A stretch of 61,451 bases of DNA, the filler included, from Chiloscyllium plagiosum (lineage: Eukaryota): the NCBI RefSeq assembly GCF_004010195.1. It is 4 parts of one record of this genome, joined end to end, with 100 filler letters (N's around TTAATTAATTAA, not from the genome) between each part and the next. Parts side by side here need not be neighbours in the genome. Positions count along the whole stretch, not along the records: positions 1 to 19,665 come from NC_057714.1; 3 more parts are not named here. One strand, given 5' to 3'. Position 1 is the stretch's first letter; every line of letters begins with the position of its first letter. The notes below the pieces were generated by a model. The model did no database searches. It saw only the letters and a list, made by a program, of their open reading frames with translations, and was not told where the DNA came from. Made by a program: the position numbers and the translations under genes. Shown here in pieces: positions 1-11,250 of this stretch.

Positions 1-706
1 CTGGAAGAGCACAGCAATTCAGGCAGCATCCGAGGACAGGCAAAATCGACGTTTCGAGGAGGGTGGGGGTGGGGAGAGAGTGGCATAGAGTACAATAGGT
101 CAGTGGGGAAGGAGATGAAGGTGATGGGTCAGGGAGGAGAGGGTGGAGTGGATAGGTGGAAAAGGAGCTGGGCAGGTCGGACAAGTCCGGACAGGTCAGG
201 GGATCGAGTTTCTGGAGGTTAGAAGCTAGGATGAGGTGGGGGAAGGGGAAATGAGGAAACTGTTTAAATCCACATTGATGCCCTGGGGTTGAAGTGTTCC
301 GAGGCGGAAGATGAGGCGTTCTTCCTCCAGGCGTCTGGTGGTGAGGGAGCGGCGGTGGAGGAGGCCCAGCACCTCCATATCCTCGGCAGAGTGGGAGGGG
401 GAGTTGAAATGTTGAGCCACTGGGCGATTTGGTTGATTGGTGCGGGTGTCTCTGAGATGTTCCCTAAAGCGCTCTGCTAGGAGGCGCCCAGTCTCCCCAA
501 TGTAGAGGAGACCGCATCGGGAGCAACGGATACAATAGATGATATTAGTGGATGTGCAGGTAAAACTTTGATGGATGTGGAAAGCTCCTTTGGGGCCTTG
601 GATAGAGGTGAGGGAGGAGGTGTGGGCGCAGGTTTTACAGTTCCTGCGGTGGCAGGGGAAAGTGCCAGGATGGGAGGGTGGGTCGTAGGGGGGCGTGGAC
701 CTGACC
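1..706 (-). mobile_element. Penelope-like element, 3' part with intact GIY-YIG endonuclease region
   Basis: ORF 226-786 contains CHRRNCKTC and IIYCIRCSRCGLLYIGETGR...ERFREH...HF, the PLE GIY-YIG signature; PLE terminal sequence at 1-57. Confidence 0.92.
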
Positions 707-905
707 ATAATATCCTGCCAGCCTGAAAAGATCCACTTATTCACTACCCTCTGCTTCCTGTTAGCCAACAATCTCCTCCATATCAATATGATATCCCCAA
801 CACAATGAGGTTATATTTTCTGCTATACCTTTGACGTGGCGCCTTATCAATGCCTTCTAAAAATCTAAGAACAATATATCCATTGATTCTTCTTTAACCA
901 CATTC
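707..905 (-). mobile_element. CR1 LINE fragment (RT region)
   Basis: Reverse complement resembles the RT segment (KAFDKV...WL..RKQRV) of other CR1 copies in the window. Confidence 0.7.
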
Positions 906-914
906 CTGCCACAT

Positions 915-1615
915 CCAGTCATGGAGGACAATTAAACAAATCACTAACGGGTGGGATTCCACAAGTATCCCCATCTTCAATGATGGAAGATCCCAGTACA
1001 TCAATGCATAAGATAAGGCTCCAGCATTCACAGCAACCTTCAGCTAAAATAGTTGAGAGAATGATCCATTTTAACCTCCTCCAGTGATCCCATCATTCAC
1101 AAATACTAGTCTTCAGCCAACTTGATTCACTCCACGTGATATCAAGAAATGGTTGGAGGTATTGGATACTATAAAAGCTACGGGTCCTGACAACATTCTG
1201 GCAATTGTACTGAAGGTTTGTGCTCTAGAACCTGCCCCTCTCCTAGCTAAGCCCTTCCAGTATAGTTAAAATACTGGCATCTACTGGCAATGTGGAAAAT
1301 TGCCCAGATATGTCTGCATTTAAAAACAGGAGAGATCAAACCCAACCACTTATTGCCTCAGTCTACTCTCAATCATCAGTAAAATGATGGAAGATTTAAT
1401 CAACAGTGCTATCAAGCAGCACCTGCTCAGCAATAACCTGCTCAGTGACACCAAGATTAGGTTCTGCCAGGATCACTCACCTTCTGAACTCATTACAACA
1501 CTGTGTACGATCTACAAAGATGCACTACAGAAATTCAAAGATCCTTAGGTAGCACTTTCCAAACCCATGACCACTTTCATCTTGAACAACATGGGCAGCC
1601 GTTACATGGGAACAC
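915..1615 (+). mobile_element. CR1/L2-type LINE family B fragment (RT N-terminus plus 3' piece)
   Basis: KATGPDNI...WKIAQ...SLLSIISKMME; colinear with 43780-44330. Confidence 0.8.
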
Positions 1616-1629
1616 CCCCTCTTTTTGAA

Positions 1630-2450
1630 TAAAAAAGTAACATTAGCTATTTTTCAATCCATATAGACATTCCTTAAATCTCATGAGTTCTTGAAAATTG
1701 AAACCAACGTACTGGATACCTCACGGGGTACTTTGTCACCCTACGAATGAAATCCATTGTACTGTTGAGTACATTGAAAACCAACAATGTACTCAGCAGT
1801 ACTTCCCTGGTAATTATAATTTTCTTGATTTCCACCCTCCCTTTCAATTGCTGATTTTGGGATATTACTTGCATCATCTCTAGTGAAGACAAATGCAAAA
1901 TATCTAATTGGTTTGCCTGTCATTCCTTATCCTCTATTATTAATTGCCCAGAATCTCTCTCTTTTGAACCAACACTTACTTTGTTAACACTTTTTTAAAA
2001 ATATCTGAAGAAACTTTTCCTATCTGTTTTTATATTCTTTGGTTAGGCTTCTCCTGTACTCTAATTTTTCTTTCATGATCTTTCAGTGATTCTTTGCTTA
2101 ATATTCTATCCAATCCTGTCCTGACACCTACCTTTACACCATTGTGTATTTTCTTTGAGTTGGATACTTTCTTTGACTTTTTTTTTTAAGTTAACCATGG
2201 GTGGCAGATCCACCCCTTGGAATTTTTCTTATTTATGGACTGTCTCTATTCTGCACTTTCTGGAATATTTCATTAAATGTTTGCCAATGTACCTCCATTG
2301 ACCTGTCCCTCAATCTAAAATTGCCAGTTCACATTTGCCAGCGTTACTTTCATATCCTCATTGCTGCCCTTGTTTTATTTCATAATTGTCTTGGACCCAC
2401 AATTCTCTTCCTTAAATTGTATGTAAACATTAATCATATTGGCCTCCATC
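1630..2450 (-). mobile_element. Old CR1 LINE ORF2 fragment
   Basis: Decayed FAFVFT / ITREVLL motifs on the minus strand. Confidence 0.65.
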
Positions 2451-2642
2451 AGATCCAAAAAGAAAAATAAAATTCAGCATTGCAAATTGTGTTGCATAAT
2501 AAGATCTGATTTTTCTCGTATTACCAACAGGGATCGTAACATCTATTCACAAAAAAAGTAGTCAAAAATAGTATCAGGTTGTGGGGCATACTCCCCATTT
2601 TGATCACCAAAGTTTAATTCACATTCTGCCAGGATTACTCAC

Positions 2643-2731
2643 ATTTGTACCTGAATGAGGTTTGCAGACAAGACCCAAATGCCAGAATACTGGTGCAAAT
2701 AACTTCCCTTATCATTATGGTTGCTGCTACC
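2643..2731 (-). CDS. PRRG2: Exon 2 of host gene; signal-peptide-like (W)VAATIMIREVICTSILAFGSCLQTSFRYK; tentative PRRG2 (transmembrane Gla protein 2)
   Basis: Acceptor ...aatcttag|G at 2733/2731 and donor AAT|GTGAGT at 2643/2642; 89 nt, open in the phase set by exon 1; ends in phase 1; CLQTS resembles recalled human PRRG2 CLDTS; gene identity not verified. Confidence 0.6.
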
Positions 2732-3379
2732 CTAAGATTAGTGATTGATCAACAAGATAAGATTAAAATGGTTTTCCATGGTCCTCCGAAGGTTAACTAC
2801 TCAGATATTTGTCTAGATTACAGTGTCAGCACTATTGTTTGGTGAAATACATGAAGACAGTATGAAACAATAATGCAGGTGTCTGTCCACCTTATTTATG
2901 TTCAATATGTTGTATTAGGCATATATTCAGAATTCAAAACATGATAAATTCTTACAAAGAATACACATCAGCTTTTCTGAGCAGATGACTGTGCTCCAGA
3001 CATGTACACTCAGCAAAACAATATAATTCATTACCAGCCAGCTACCAGAACAAACAAGAAATGACCTTATTTTAAGCCTGATGATAACAACTATTAGCAG
3101 CACCAGAGAATTCTACATTAACCAAGCAGCGCTATTGGTAATACAGAACAAAAAGCAATCAATTGCCTAGTGTGTCTGAACAGTGGATTTTAAAGTTCAT
3201 TTTTGAATTAGAAAAGTCAGCCCTACCTTTGAAAGGTATGAGAAAGCATACATGGAATCAAAATCACAACAAAACTCTGTAGCCTTTTATTTAACAGCAC
3301 CAGATTACAGTTTAGCAAAGAGCGAAAAAGAATTGATTGTTGAAAATTTTCATGAAAAACAATTTCACAGTCTTTTTTT

Positions 3380-3889
3380 AGAGAACTATGATAGCCTCAT
3401 TAAAGCATAGTACTATGGTCTCCTTAAAATACTATTCCAGAAACCCCTTTCAGGAGCTACACCAGGGACCCGCTAAGGAACTATTCTGTGGGTTCCCTTT
3501 AAGAAGTGCTCCACGAGCATACTTTTAAAATCTACAGATCCATTTAGGCATATATTCCACAGGTCCCTTTTAGAGAGTACTTCATGCTCTATTTAACAAG
3601 TCATTCTACAGGTCCCCTTTAGGGAGCATCCCATAGGTGCCCTTTAAAAAAAATCTACAGCTCCAAGTCGTGCGAAATTCCCCTGGTGCCCTTTAAAAAT
3701 CTACAGGTTGATTTGGGAGATATTCCACAAGTCCCTTTCAAAGAATACTGCATGCTCTGTTTAATGAGTTACTCAGCCTCCTTGAGGTAACTATTCTATG
3801 GGTCAATTTTCATGAGTGTCCTAAAAGTGCCTTTTTAAAAAAAACACTTCTGATCCTTGTAGGGAGATATTCCACAGGTCCCTTTAAGG
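3380..3889. repeat. Degenerate ~24-bp minisatellite, about 20 units (consensus near AGxTATTCCACAGGTCCCTTTAAGG)
   Basis: Recurring tattccacaggtcccttt, ggtgccctttaaaa and atctacag blocks; further units at ~4497-4540 and ~5605-5635. Confidence 0.8.
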
Positions 3890-4480
3890 TCTTTATTGGT
3901 CAGTGCACTGAGTATAGGAGTAGGGAGGTCATATTGCAACTGTATGCTGTACAGGACATCGGTTAGGTCACTTTTGGAATACTGCATTCAATTCTGGTCT
4001 CCCATCCATAAGATGTTGTGAAACTTGGGAGGGTTCAGGAAAGATTTACAAAGACGTTGCCAGAGTTGTAGTATTTGAATAGGAAGAGGCTGGGCTATTT
4101 GCCTTGGAGTTTTGGAGATGGAGGGCTGACCTAATTGAGGTTTATAAAATCATAAGGGGCACAGATAAGGTGAACAGCCAAGGTCTTTTCACCAAGGTAG
4201 GAGAGTCTAAAACTAGGGGGCATAGGTTTAAAGTGCGGGGAAAGATTTAAAATGAACCTAAGGGGTAACTTTTTCACACTGGGGGTGGTGCACATGAATT
4301 CAGCTGCCAGAGGAGGTGGTGGAGGCTGCTGCAATTACCACATTTTAAAGGCATCTGGATGGATATATGAATAAGTGTTGAGAGGGATATGGACTAAATG
4401 CTGTCAACAGGACTAGATTAATTTAGAATATCTGGTCAGCATGGACCAGAGGGTCTGTTTCTGTGTTGTACATCTGTACT
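3890..4480 (+). mobile_element. CR1 (HER1-type) LINE 3' fragment
   Basis: LEYCIQFWSP-type ORF2 C-terminus plus 3' UTR. Confidence 0.9.
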
Positions 4481-4567
4481 TCATGGTGCATTGAAGAAAT
4501 AGTCCCCTTCAGGAGCTATCCTCAGTGTCCATTTAAGGACAAAATTAAAAATCACACAACACCAGGT

Positions 4568-5329
4568 GATTTTGGGAAAGCAAATCTTAGCAAGACTTAT
4601 ACACTTAATGGTAAGGTCCTAGGGAGTGTTGCTGAACAAAGAGATCTTAGAATGCAGGTTCATAGCTCCTTGAAAGTGGAATTGCAGGTAGATAGGATAA
4701 TGAGGAAGGCGTTTGGTATGCTTTCCTTTATTGGGCAGAGTATTGAGTACAGGAGTTGGGAGGTCATGTTGCAGCTGTACAAGACATTGGTTAGGCCACT
4801 GTTGAAATATTGCGTGCAATTCTGGTCTCCTTCCTATCAGAAGGATGTTGTGAAACTTGAAAGGGTTCAGAAAAGATTTACAAGGATGTTGCCAGGGTTG
4901 GAGGAATTGAGCTAAAGGGAGAGGCTGAACAGGCTGGGGCTGTTTTCACTGGAGTGTCGGAGGCTGAGGGGTGACCTTATAGAGGCTTACAAAATAATGA
5001 GGGGCATGGATACGATAAATAGACAGAGTCTCTTCCCTGGGTTCAGGGAGTCAGAACTAGAGGGCATAGGTTTAGGGTGAGAGGGGAAAGATATAAAAGA
5101 GACCTAAGGGGCAATTTTTTCATGTCGAGGGTGGTACGTGTGTGGAATGAGCTGCCAGAGGATGTGGTGGAGGCTGGTACAATTGCAACATTTAAGAGGC
5201 ACTTGGATGGGTAAATGAATAGGAAGGGTTTGGAGGGATATGGGCTGGGTGCTGGCAGGTGGGACTAGATTGGTTTGGGATATCTGGTCGGCATGGACGG
5301 GTTGGACCGTGCTGTACATCTCTATGACT
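4568..5329 (+). mobile_element. CR1 (HER1-type) LINE 3' fragment
   Basis: FGKANLSKTYTLNG...LLKYCVQFWSPSY...KLERVQKRFTRMLPGL; ends in ctatgact tail. Confidence 0.95.
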
Positions 5330-5360
5330 AGTTTTCAGAGCACTGCTCCTTCATCAGGTG
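5327..5360 (-). ncRNA. Minimal hammerhead ribozyme motif in PLE terminus
   Basis: Minus strand cacCUGAUGA-aGGAGC-agu-GCUCU-GAAAacuagu: intact CUGAUGA and GAAA cores around stem II. Confidence 0.65.
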
Positions 5361-5831
5361 GTTGTGGAGCATAAGACACAAAATTAATAGCAAAAGATCA
5401 CAGCATCATGCAACTGAAATGATATATTGAACAACCCTGGATTGTTGTTAAGTCTTTCATCTTTTAGAATGGGTTGCAGGTTTCGGTCTTATTCTCCAGT
5501 GCTCCGAAAATAGTGCTTTCAATTAAACCTGTTGGACTATAACCTGGTGTTGTGTGATTTTTAACTTGGTCCACCCTAGTCCAACATCAGATCCTCCACA
5601 TCATCCCTTTAAAGGAGGTATCCCATGGTTTTAAAACAAACCCTTGCAGTCACCGGTCGGCATTACTCGAAAACGAAGAGAGATTTTTTTTTCTCTCTCT
5701 CTCTCTGAAAAGAAGAAGCTTCTGGATTGTCCACATTCTGTTGGTACGGCACTTCACTCACTTTGGTTTGATTTCTTCACCCTCCGGTTGCTCTCAGTGG
5801 TGCTTCACTCGATGGATCTCCATCCTCTCAC

Positions 5832-5860
5832 CATCTGCCTCCAGCTTTTAGCACTTCCAT
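5832..5860 (-). CDS. PRRG2: Coding part of exon 1 of host gene (MEVLKAGGR plus 2 nt)
   Basis: ATG in strong Kozak context (gacgATGG); donor ATG|GTGAGA at 5832/5831; lies in the CpG-rich region; in frame with exon 2. Confidence 0.55.
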
Positions 5861-6241
5861 CGTCACCAGTGAATAAGTCTCCAACCGTCCCGGCCACTCC
5901 CGGATAAATTACTTCACATTGTCCCCGAGGAAATGGGGAGAACTCTCCCCCACCCCCCCGCGACAACCCTCTCAACCGGCCAAAGCGGGCTTCACACACA
6001 TTTAACTCCAGGCACATTTACAAAAAGAAAGAGTGAAGGCCCGGCGGTGAATACTTTCACCAACTGCCACCCAAGTTCTGACAGGAATATTCCGCCCGAA
6101 AGGCGGGCTCCGAGCGCGCGACGGGAGGGAAGGGGAGGGGTCCCACCTGGGCACCGGCTCTGCCCCGCCCCCATATTACCATGCTGAACCTGGCCCCGCC
6201 CCCTCACCCCCCCCCCCATCCAGCTCTCTGACCCATGCCCA
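5861..6241 (-). promoter_or_regulatory. CpG-rich promoter / 5' UTR of the minus-strand host gene
   Basis: CpG-dense non-repeat DNA; GC boxes CCCCGCCCCC at 6163-6172 and 6194-6203; E-box CACCTG at 6144-6149; cut off by the gap at 6242. Confidence 0.75.
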
Positions 6242-6415
6242 NNNNNNNNNNNNNNNNNNNNNNNNNNNNNNNNNNNNNNNNNNNNNNNNNNNNNNNNNNN
6301 NNNNNNNNNNNNNNNNNNNNNNNNNNNNNNNNNNNNNNNNNNNNNNNNNNNNNNNNNNNNNNNNNNNNNNNNNNNNNNNNNNNNNNNNNNNNNNNNNNNN
6401 NNNNNNNNNNNNNNN

Positions 6416-7140
6416 CCACAGCCCCCAGATGTCTGCCCCACTGCCACGAGGTGTCTGCCCCACCAAGCCCACTGACCCACTGCCCTGCCCTACAACAGCC
6501 CTCTACCCCACTCCCACTACCATCTGACCCTCGTCCTCTGCACTACCCTGCTCCTGATTTCCTATCCCCACCTGTGCCCCACTGCATATCCTCATCCTCC
6601 TACCTCTCCTGCCTATCCTTCCCCCCTCACCAGCCCGTCCCCATCTCATCCCTTCTCCCATTTCTTGCCCCTTCCTTCCCTATTTTTCACCTCTTCCTAT
6701 GTTTGTCCTCTATGTTTGCTATCTACAGCCCCTGCCCTGACCTCTCCTGTTCTGTCTGCCCAGCTGCACAAGGGTCCCCACCTTTCCCAACCTTATTGAA
6801 CCTTGTCCACATCCACCCTTCCATACCTCTGCTCTGCCCATCCCCCTTCCACAGCCAATACTATCCCTTCTCCATCCACCCATTTCCCACTTACCCTGAC
6901 CCTCCTATTTCTGCACTTGCCCCGCACCCATTTTCCCTCTTCCTCATCCCCTTTCCCTCGCCGACATCACTATCCAATTCTCCATGTCCAAACCACATCC
7001 CTGCCCCTCTACCCCTTCCTCAAATTTCAATCCAAAACCCCTGCACCCACCCTGCTCAAAATTACGCCATCTCCTGATTTCTCAGCCCCTGCTCTCTCTT
7101 GCCTCTCACCCTTCCTGCATCTTGTCTGTTTTGCTTCTCA
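6416..7140. repeat. C/T-rich low-complexity tract
   Basis: Strong pyrimidine skew; overlapping ORFs are Pro/Ser/Leu-rich compositional artefacts. Confidence 0.7.
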
Positions 7141-7409
7141 GCAATTTCTTTTGCTCAAAGTGAAACTGCAGTTGTCAGATAAATACTCACTAATTAGAAT
7201 CAAATAATACAAGCCTTATTTCTTTAACAGAATACAGTAAAAAAAAACACAGGTGATCAGGTTCTGGTTTGGAGAGTACTCCTGTTCTCTAGCTCCCTGA
7301 TCTCAGGACCGCATGGTTGAGAGTTGCTCCCTGATTCTCACTGTGTCATCTAAGCCCCTGATTCAGGGCTGTCCTTCTTACGAGTATTGGTCCCAGGGCT
7401 CCTTCTATC

Positions 7410-7900
7410 ACTATGCTTGTTTTTCAAATATGTCTTTCATATGAGGTCATAGATTCGTTCACTGAGATGGTGTGGTTTACTGCAAACATCTTGTCACATC
7501 ACTGGGTGACATTGTCAGTGCATCTTTGATAAGGTGTTGGTGGTTTCTCACACCTGATATTTATGAGTCTCTGTTTTTTGGCACTTTCGGTTCTGTATCT
7601 GAGTTGTTTGTATATGGGATGCAGTTCAATGTATTTACTGATTGAGTTCCAGTTGGAGTGCCAGGCTTCAAGAAATTGTCTCGTGTGTCCCAGTTTAACC
7701 TGTGTTAAGATGGTTACATTGTCCCAGTTGAATTTGTGTCCTTCGTTGTCTGTGTGGTTGGAAATGAGAGAGTACTGGTCATGTCTGGCAGTGGCGAGCT
7801 GATGTTAATGCGCTGATATGGTTTTCTGCCTGTTTTCAGAATCCTTGCAGGGTAATGTTTCTCACACATTTGTACATTTCTGGTCATGTGCTTTGTACTA
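7410..7900 (-). mobile_element. PLE 3' fragment (GIY-YIG region), old
   Basis: Minus strand reads PARILKTGRKP..RI..HQLATARHD..SL.S.HTD.EGH.FNWDN; similar to 9900-10140. Confidence 0.75.
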
Positions 7901-8312
7901 ACTAACTCTATGGATAATTTGGTCAAGCTATTTGTTTATCTAACCATCTACCTGTCTGAATTATTGTATATCTCTTCATCTAGTCACCCGTCCATTTAGA
8001 GTAATCCATGTTAGTTTATGTGGTTCTAGTTGAAACCAAGTTTTCTACTTTCTATGTGTGTGGCATTTCCTAATACTGGTGTAGACTATTCTAAGCTAAT
8101 ACCTTTAAACTCTTGCTTTCCCTACTGCATGCTGGTTAATTTAGTCAGACTCAAGCTATGTTTTCATATCGGTGCCCTACACTGTCCAAATCCTCTGTAC
8201 TCTCTCGCCAACCCCATTTCTCCACACCTATTACCCCATCTCTAAGTACACCTACCTCCCCTTTTTACCCTCCACACACTCAGACTGACAGCCATATTAA
8301 CAGCAAGAACTA

Positions 8313-8560
8313 TTAGCGAGTTTAAGAAGATTTGAAGCTCAGTTTGAGGTTCTGGATGAATGACATTAGTTTTGCTTGTTGTCTGTACAGGGTCCTTCAA
8401 GTTCATTAGCTACTGTTTTAGCGTGTTGGTGGGTTTGTGTGCTACCATTGATGCCAAGGGGTCTGAGTAGTCTGGCAATCATTTCCAAGATGTTTTTGAT
8501 GTAGGGGAGAGGGGCTAAGATTTCTGGAAGTGTTTGATGAACACAGTCTGCCGTTTATAG
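8313..8560 (-). mobile_element. PLE fragment in inverse orientation to the 9200-10373 PLE
   Basis: 8313-8360 is the reverse complement of ~10327-10373; 8390-8530 is the reverse complement of ~9735-9890. Confidence 0.8.
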
Positions 8561-9200
8561 TCATAGAGTCATAGAGATGTACAGCATGGAAACAGACCCT
8601 TCGGTCCAACCCGTCCATCTAGTTCTGAACTCCCCCACCCCAGGGAAAAGGCTTTGTCTATTTATCCTATTCATGCCTCTCATGATTTTATAAACCTGTA
8701 TAAGGTCACCCCTCAGCCTCCGACACTCCAGGGAAAACAGCCCCAGCCTATTCAACCTCTCCCTATAGCTCAAATCCTCCAACCCTGGCAACATCCTTGT
8801 AAATCTTTTCTGAACCCTTTCAAATTTCATAACACCTTTCCGATAGGAAGGAGAACAGAACTGCACTAATATTCCAACAGAGGCCTAACCAATGTCCAGT
8901 ACTCAATACTCTGACCAATAAAGGAAAGCACATCAAACACGTTCTTCACTATCCTATCTATCTGCGATTCCATTTTCAAGGAGCTATGAACCTGGAATTC
9001 AAGGTCTCTTTGTTCAGCAATACTTCCTAGGACCTTACCATTAAGTTTACAAGTCCTGCTAAGATTTGCTTTCCCAAAACGCAGCGCCTCACATTTATCT
9101 AAATTAAACTCCATCTGCCACTTCTCAGCCCATTGGACCATCTAATCAAGGTCCTGTTGTAATCTGAGGTAACCTTCTTTGCTGTCCACTACACCTCCAA
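8561..9200 (-). mobile_element. CR1 LINE 3' fragment
   Basis: ORFs 8866-9141 and 8561-8866 (WAEKWQMEFNLDKC; ERVQKRFTRMLPGL); ctatgact tail at the 8561 end. Confidence 0.95.
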
Positions 9201-10373
9201 AGGTGTTCTTCATCAAAGAACAGAATAAATTAGAGGAAACCTACAATATCATTAACAACATCCTTAGAAGAAGAAGAGAACAACAACAGACTGTCCTTCC
9301 TAGATGTCACAGTGGAACGAACAGTCAATGGAGAATTGCTGACCAGCATCTACAGGAAGCAGCATACACAGATCAGATGCTCAACTAAAGGAGCAATCAT
9401 CCCAACACCCACAAACGGAGCTGCATCAGGACATTATTTAAATAGGTCACAACACATTGCAGCACCCAGGAACTACGAGCAGTAGAAGAAAATAACCGTG
9501 TACAACATAGAGTCATAGGGGTGTACAGCATGGAAATAGACCCTTCGGTCCAACCCGTCCATGCTGACCAGATATCCAAACCAATCTAGTCCCACCTGCC
9601 AGGACCTGGCCCATAGAGATCACATCTACTGCTCTGCCCTCATCAATCCTCTTTGTTACTGAACAAGAGGTACCCAATAAACGCAGTCTGCCGATTCTTA
9701 AACAACTAATCCAAACAAGAAGAAAAAACATGGCCTGAGACTCTAGCTACATTACCATACATCAAAGACATCTCAGAGGTGACTACCAGATTACTCTGAC
9801 CCCTTGGCATCATGGTTGCCCACAAACCTACCAACACACTAAAACAGCCACTGATATACCTAATTGACCCTGTACCAACAACAAGCAAAATGAATATCAT
9901 ATACAAAATACCCTGCAAGGGCTGCAACAAACACTCAGTCAGACAGACAGGCAGAAAACTAGCCACTAGGATACATGCACATCAACTAGCCACCAAAAGA
10001 CATGGGCAGCTATCACTTGTATCTTTACACACAGACAAAAAAGGACACCACTTCACCTCGGACAGGCTAAACAGAGACACACATGGGAATTCCTAGAGGT
10101 CTGGTATTCAAACCCGAATTCCATCAATAAACACATAGATTTGGACCCCATTTACCAACCTCTCAGAAAAAGAACCGGAAATGATATCACCCACTTTAAC
10201 AGACCAACACACATAAATAGAAAGCAAGACAGAACACCAGCGCCTCAACGGAGGCTCACTTGATGATGTTACTTAGCATGGTGATGAAACGTCTGAAAAC
10301 AAACCTACCAACTCAATGAGCAAGCTTACAGCCTGAACCTCTAGCTGAGCTACAAATCTTGTCAAAAATCGCA
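9200..10373 (+). mobile_element. PLE RT C-terminus plus GIY-YIG plus terminus; CR1 piece inserted at ~9506-9660
   Basis: IIYKIPCKGCNKHSVRQTGRKLATRIHAH; LPYIKDISE; hammerhead-like core at 10256-10296. Confidence 0.88.
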
Positions 10374-10374
10374 A

Positions 10375-11012
10375 ATACCCTGTCATTTTACGATGAAAAC
10401 TTCAAAGAATTATGTACTTGAACCCCTGGGTTACTCTGTTCTACAACATTACCCAAGGTCCGACTTTTAATTATGTAAGTCCTGCCTTTGTTTGTTTTAC
10501 CAAAATGCAATAGCTCACATTTATCCAAATTAAACTCCATCTGCCACTCTTTAGCCCATTAACCCAAATGATCAAAATCTCTTTGTAATCTGAGATAACC
10601 TTCTTCACTGTCCACTATACCATCAATGTTGGTGTCATCCACAAATGTATTAACCATGCCTCCTAACTTCTCATCCAAATTGCTTACATAAATGAGAAAC
10701 AAAAGTGGACCCAGCTTCGATTCCTGTGGAACACTGCTGGTCAGAACTCTCCAGTTTGAATAACAACTCTCCACCATCACTCTCTGTCTCCTGCCATCAA
10801 GGCAATTTTGTATCCCAATTTGGCAAGCTCACCCTGAATCCCATGTAATCTAACTTTACTAATTATTCTACCACACAGAACCTTCTCAAAGGCTTTACTC
10901 AAGTCCAAGTAAACAATGTCTACTGCTTTGCCTCGTCAATCTTCTAGATTACTTCCACATCAAACTCAATCAAGTTTGTGAGACATTATTTCCCTCGCAT
11001 GAAACCATGCTG
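10375..11012 (-). mobile_element. CR1 LINE RT fragment
   Basis: SSVPQESKLGPLLFLIYV...FVDDT (ORF 10559-10780). Confidence 0.9.
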
Positions 11013-11057
11013 ATTGATTAGAAAAATAGGTTAAATTAAAAATTTAATCATGTTTGT

Positions 11058-11250
11058 TAGTGGCACCATGGCCTACCTTGTCAAAGTGCCTGCCTGCTGA
11101 GCAGAAGATCCTGTGTTCAGATTCCAATAGTGCTTGTGTTGTTTTGGGGACTCCTTTAGTGCAGTAATAATTCCCAAACTGGGAGGTCCGAATTCAAATC
11201 CTACCTTCTCCAGAGGTATATAATAATATCTCTGAACAGGTTGATTAGAA
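11058..11250 (+). mobile_element. One or two decayed tRNA-derived SINE-like pieces between a 44-bp direct repeat
   Basis: A/B-box-like segments; tail ctctgaacaggttgattag also appears reversed at ~41560-41580. Confidence 0.45.

Larger units (their letters stand above)
4541..5604. mobile_element. Short PLE-derived element with inverted ends, split by a CR1
   Basis: taaaaatcacacaacaccaggt (~4546-4567) is inverted at ~5542-5563; hammerhead core at 5327-5360. Confidence 0.75.

Noticed and set aside
3380..3889. Repeat array as a CRISPR or as a repeat-protein exon
   Set aside because: No identical repeats with unique spacers, no cas genes, vertebrate context; unit lengths vary out of frame
6235..7207. 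280-aa and 134-aa ORFs
   Set aside because: They lie in C/T-rich low-complexity DNA that lacks stops by composition, and the 280-aa ORF also runs through an N gap
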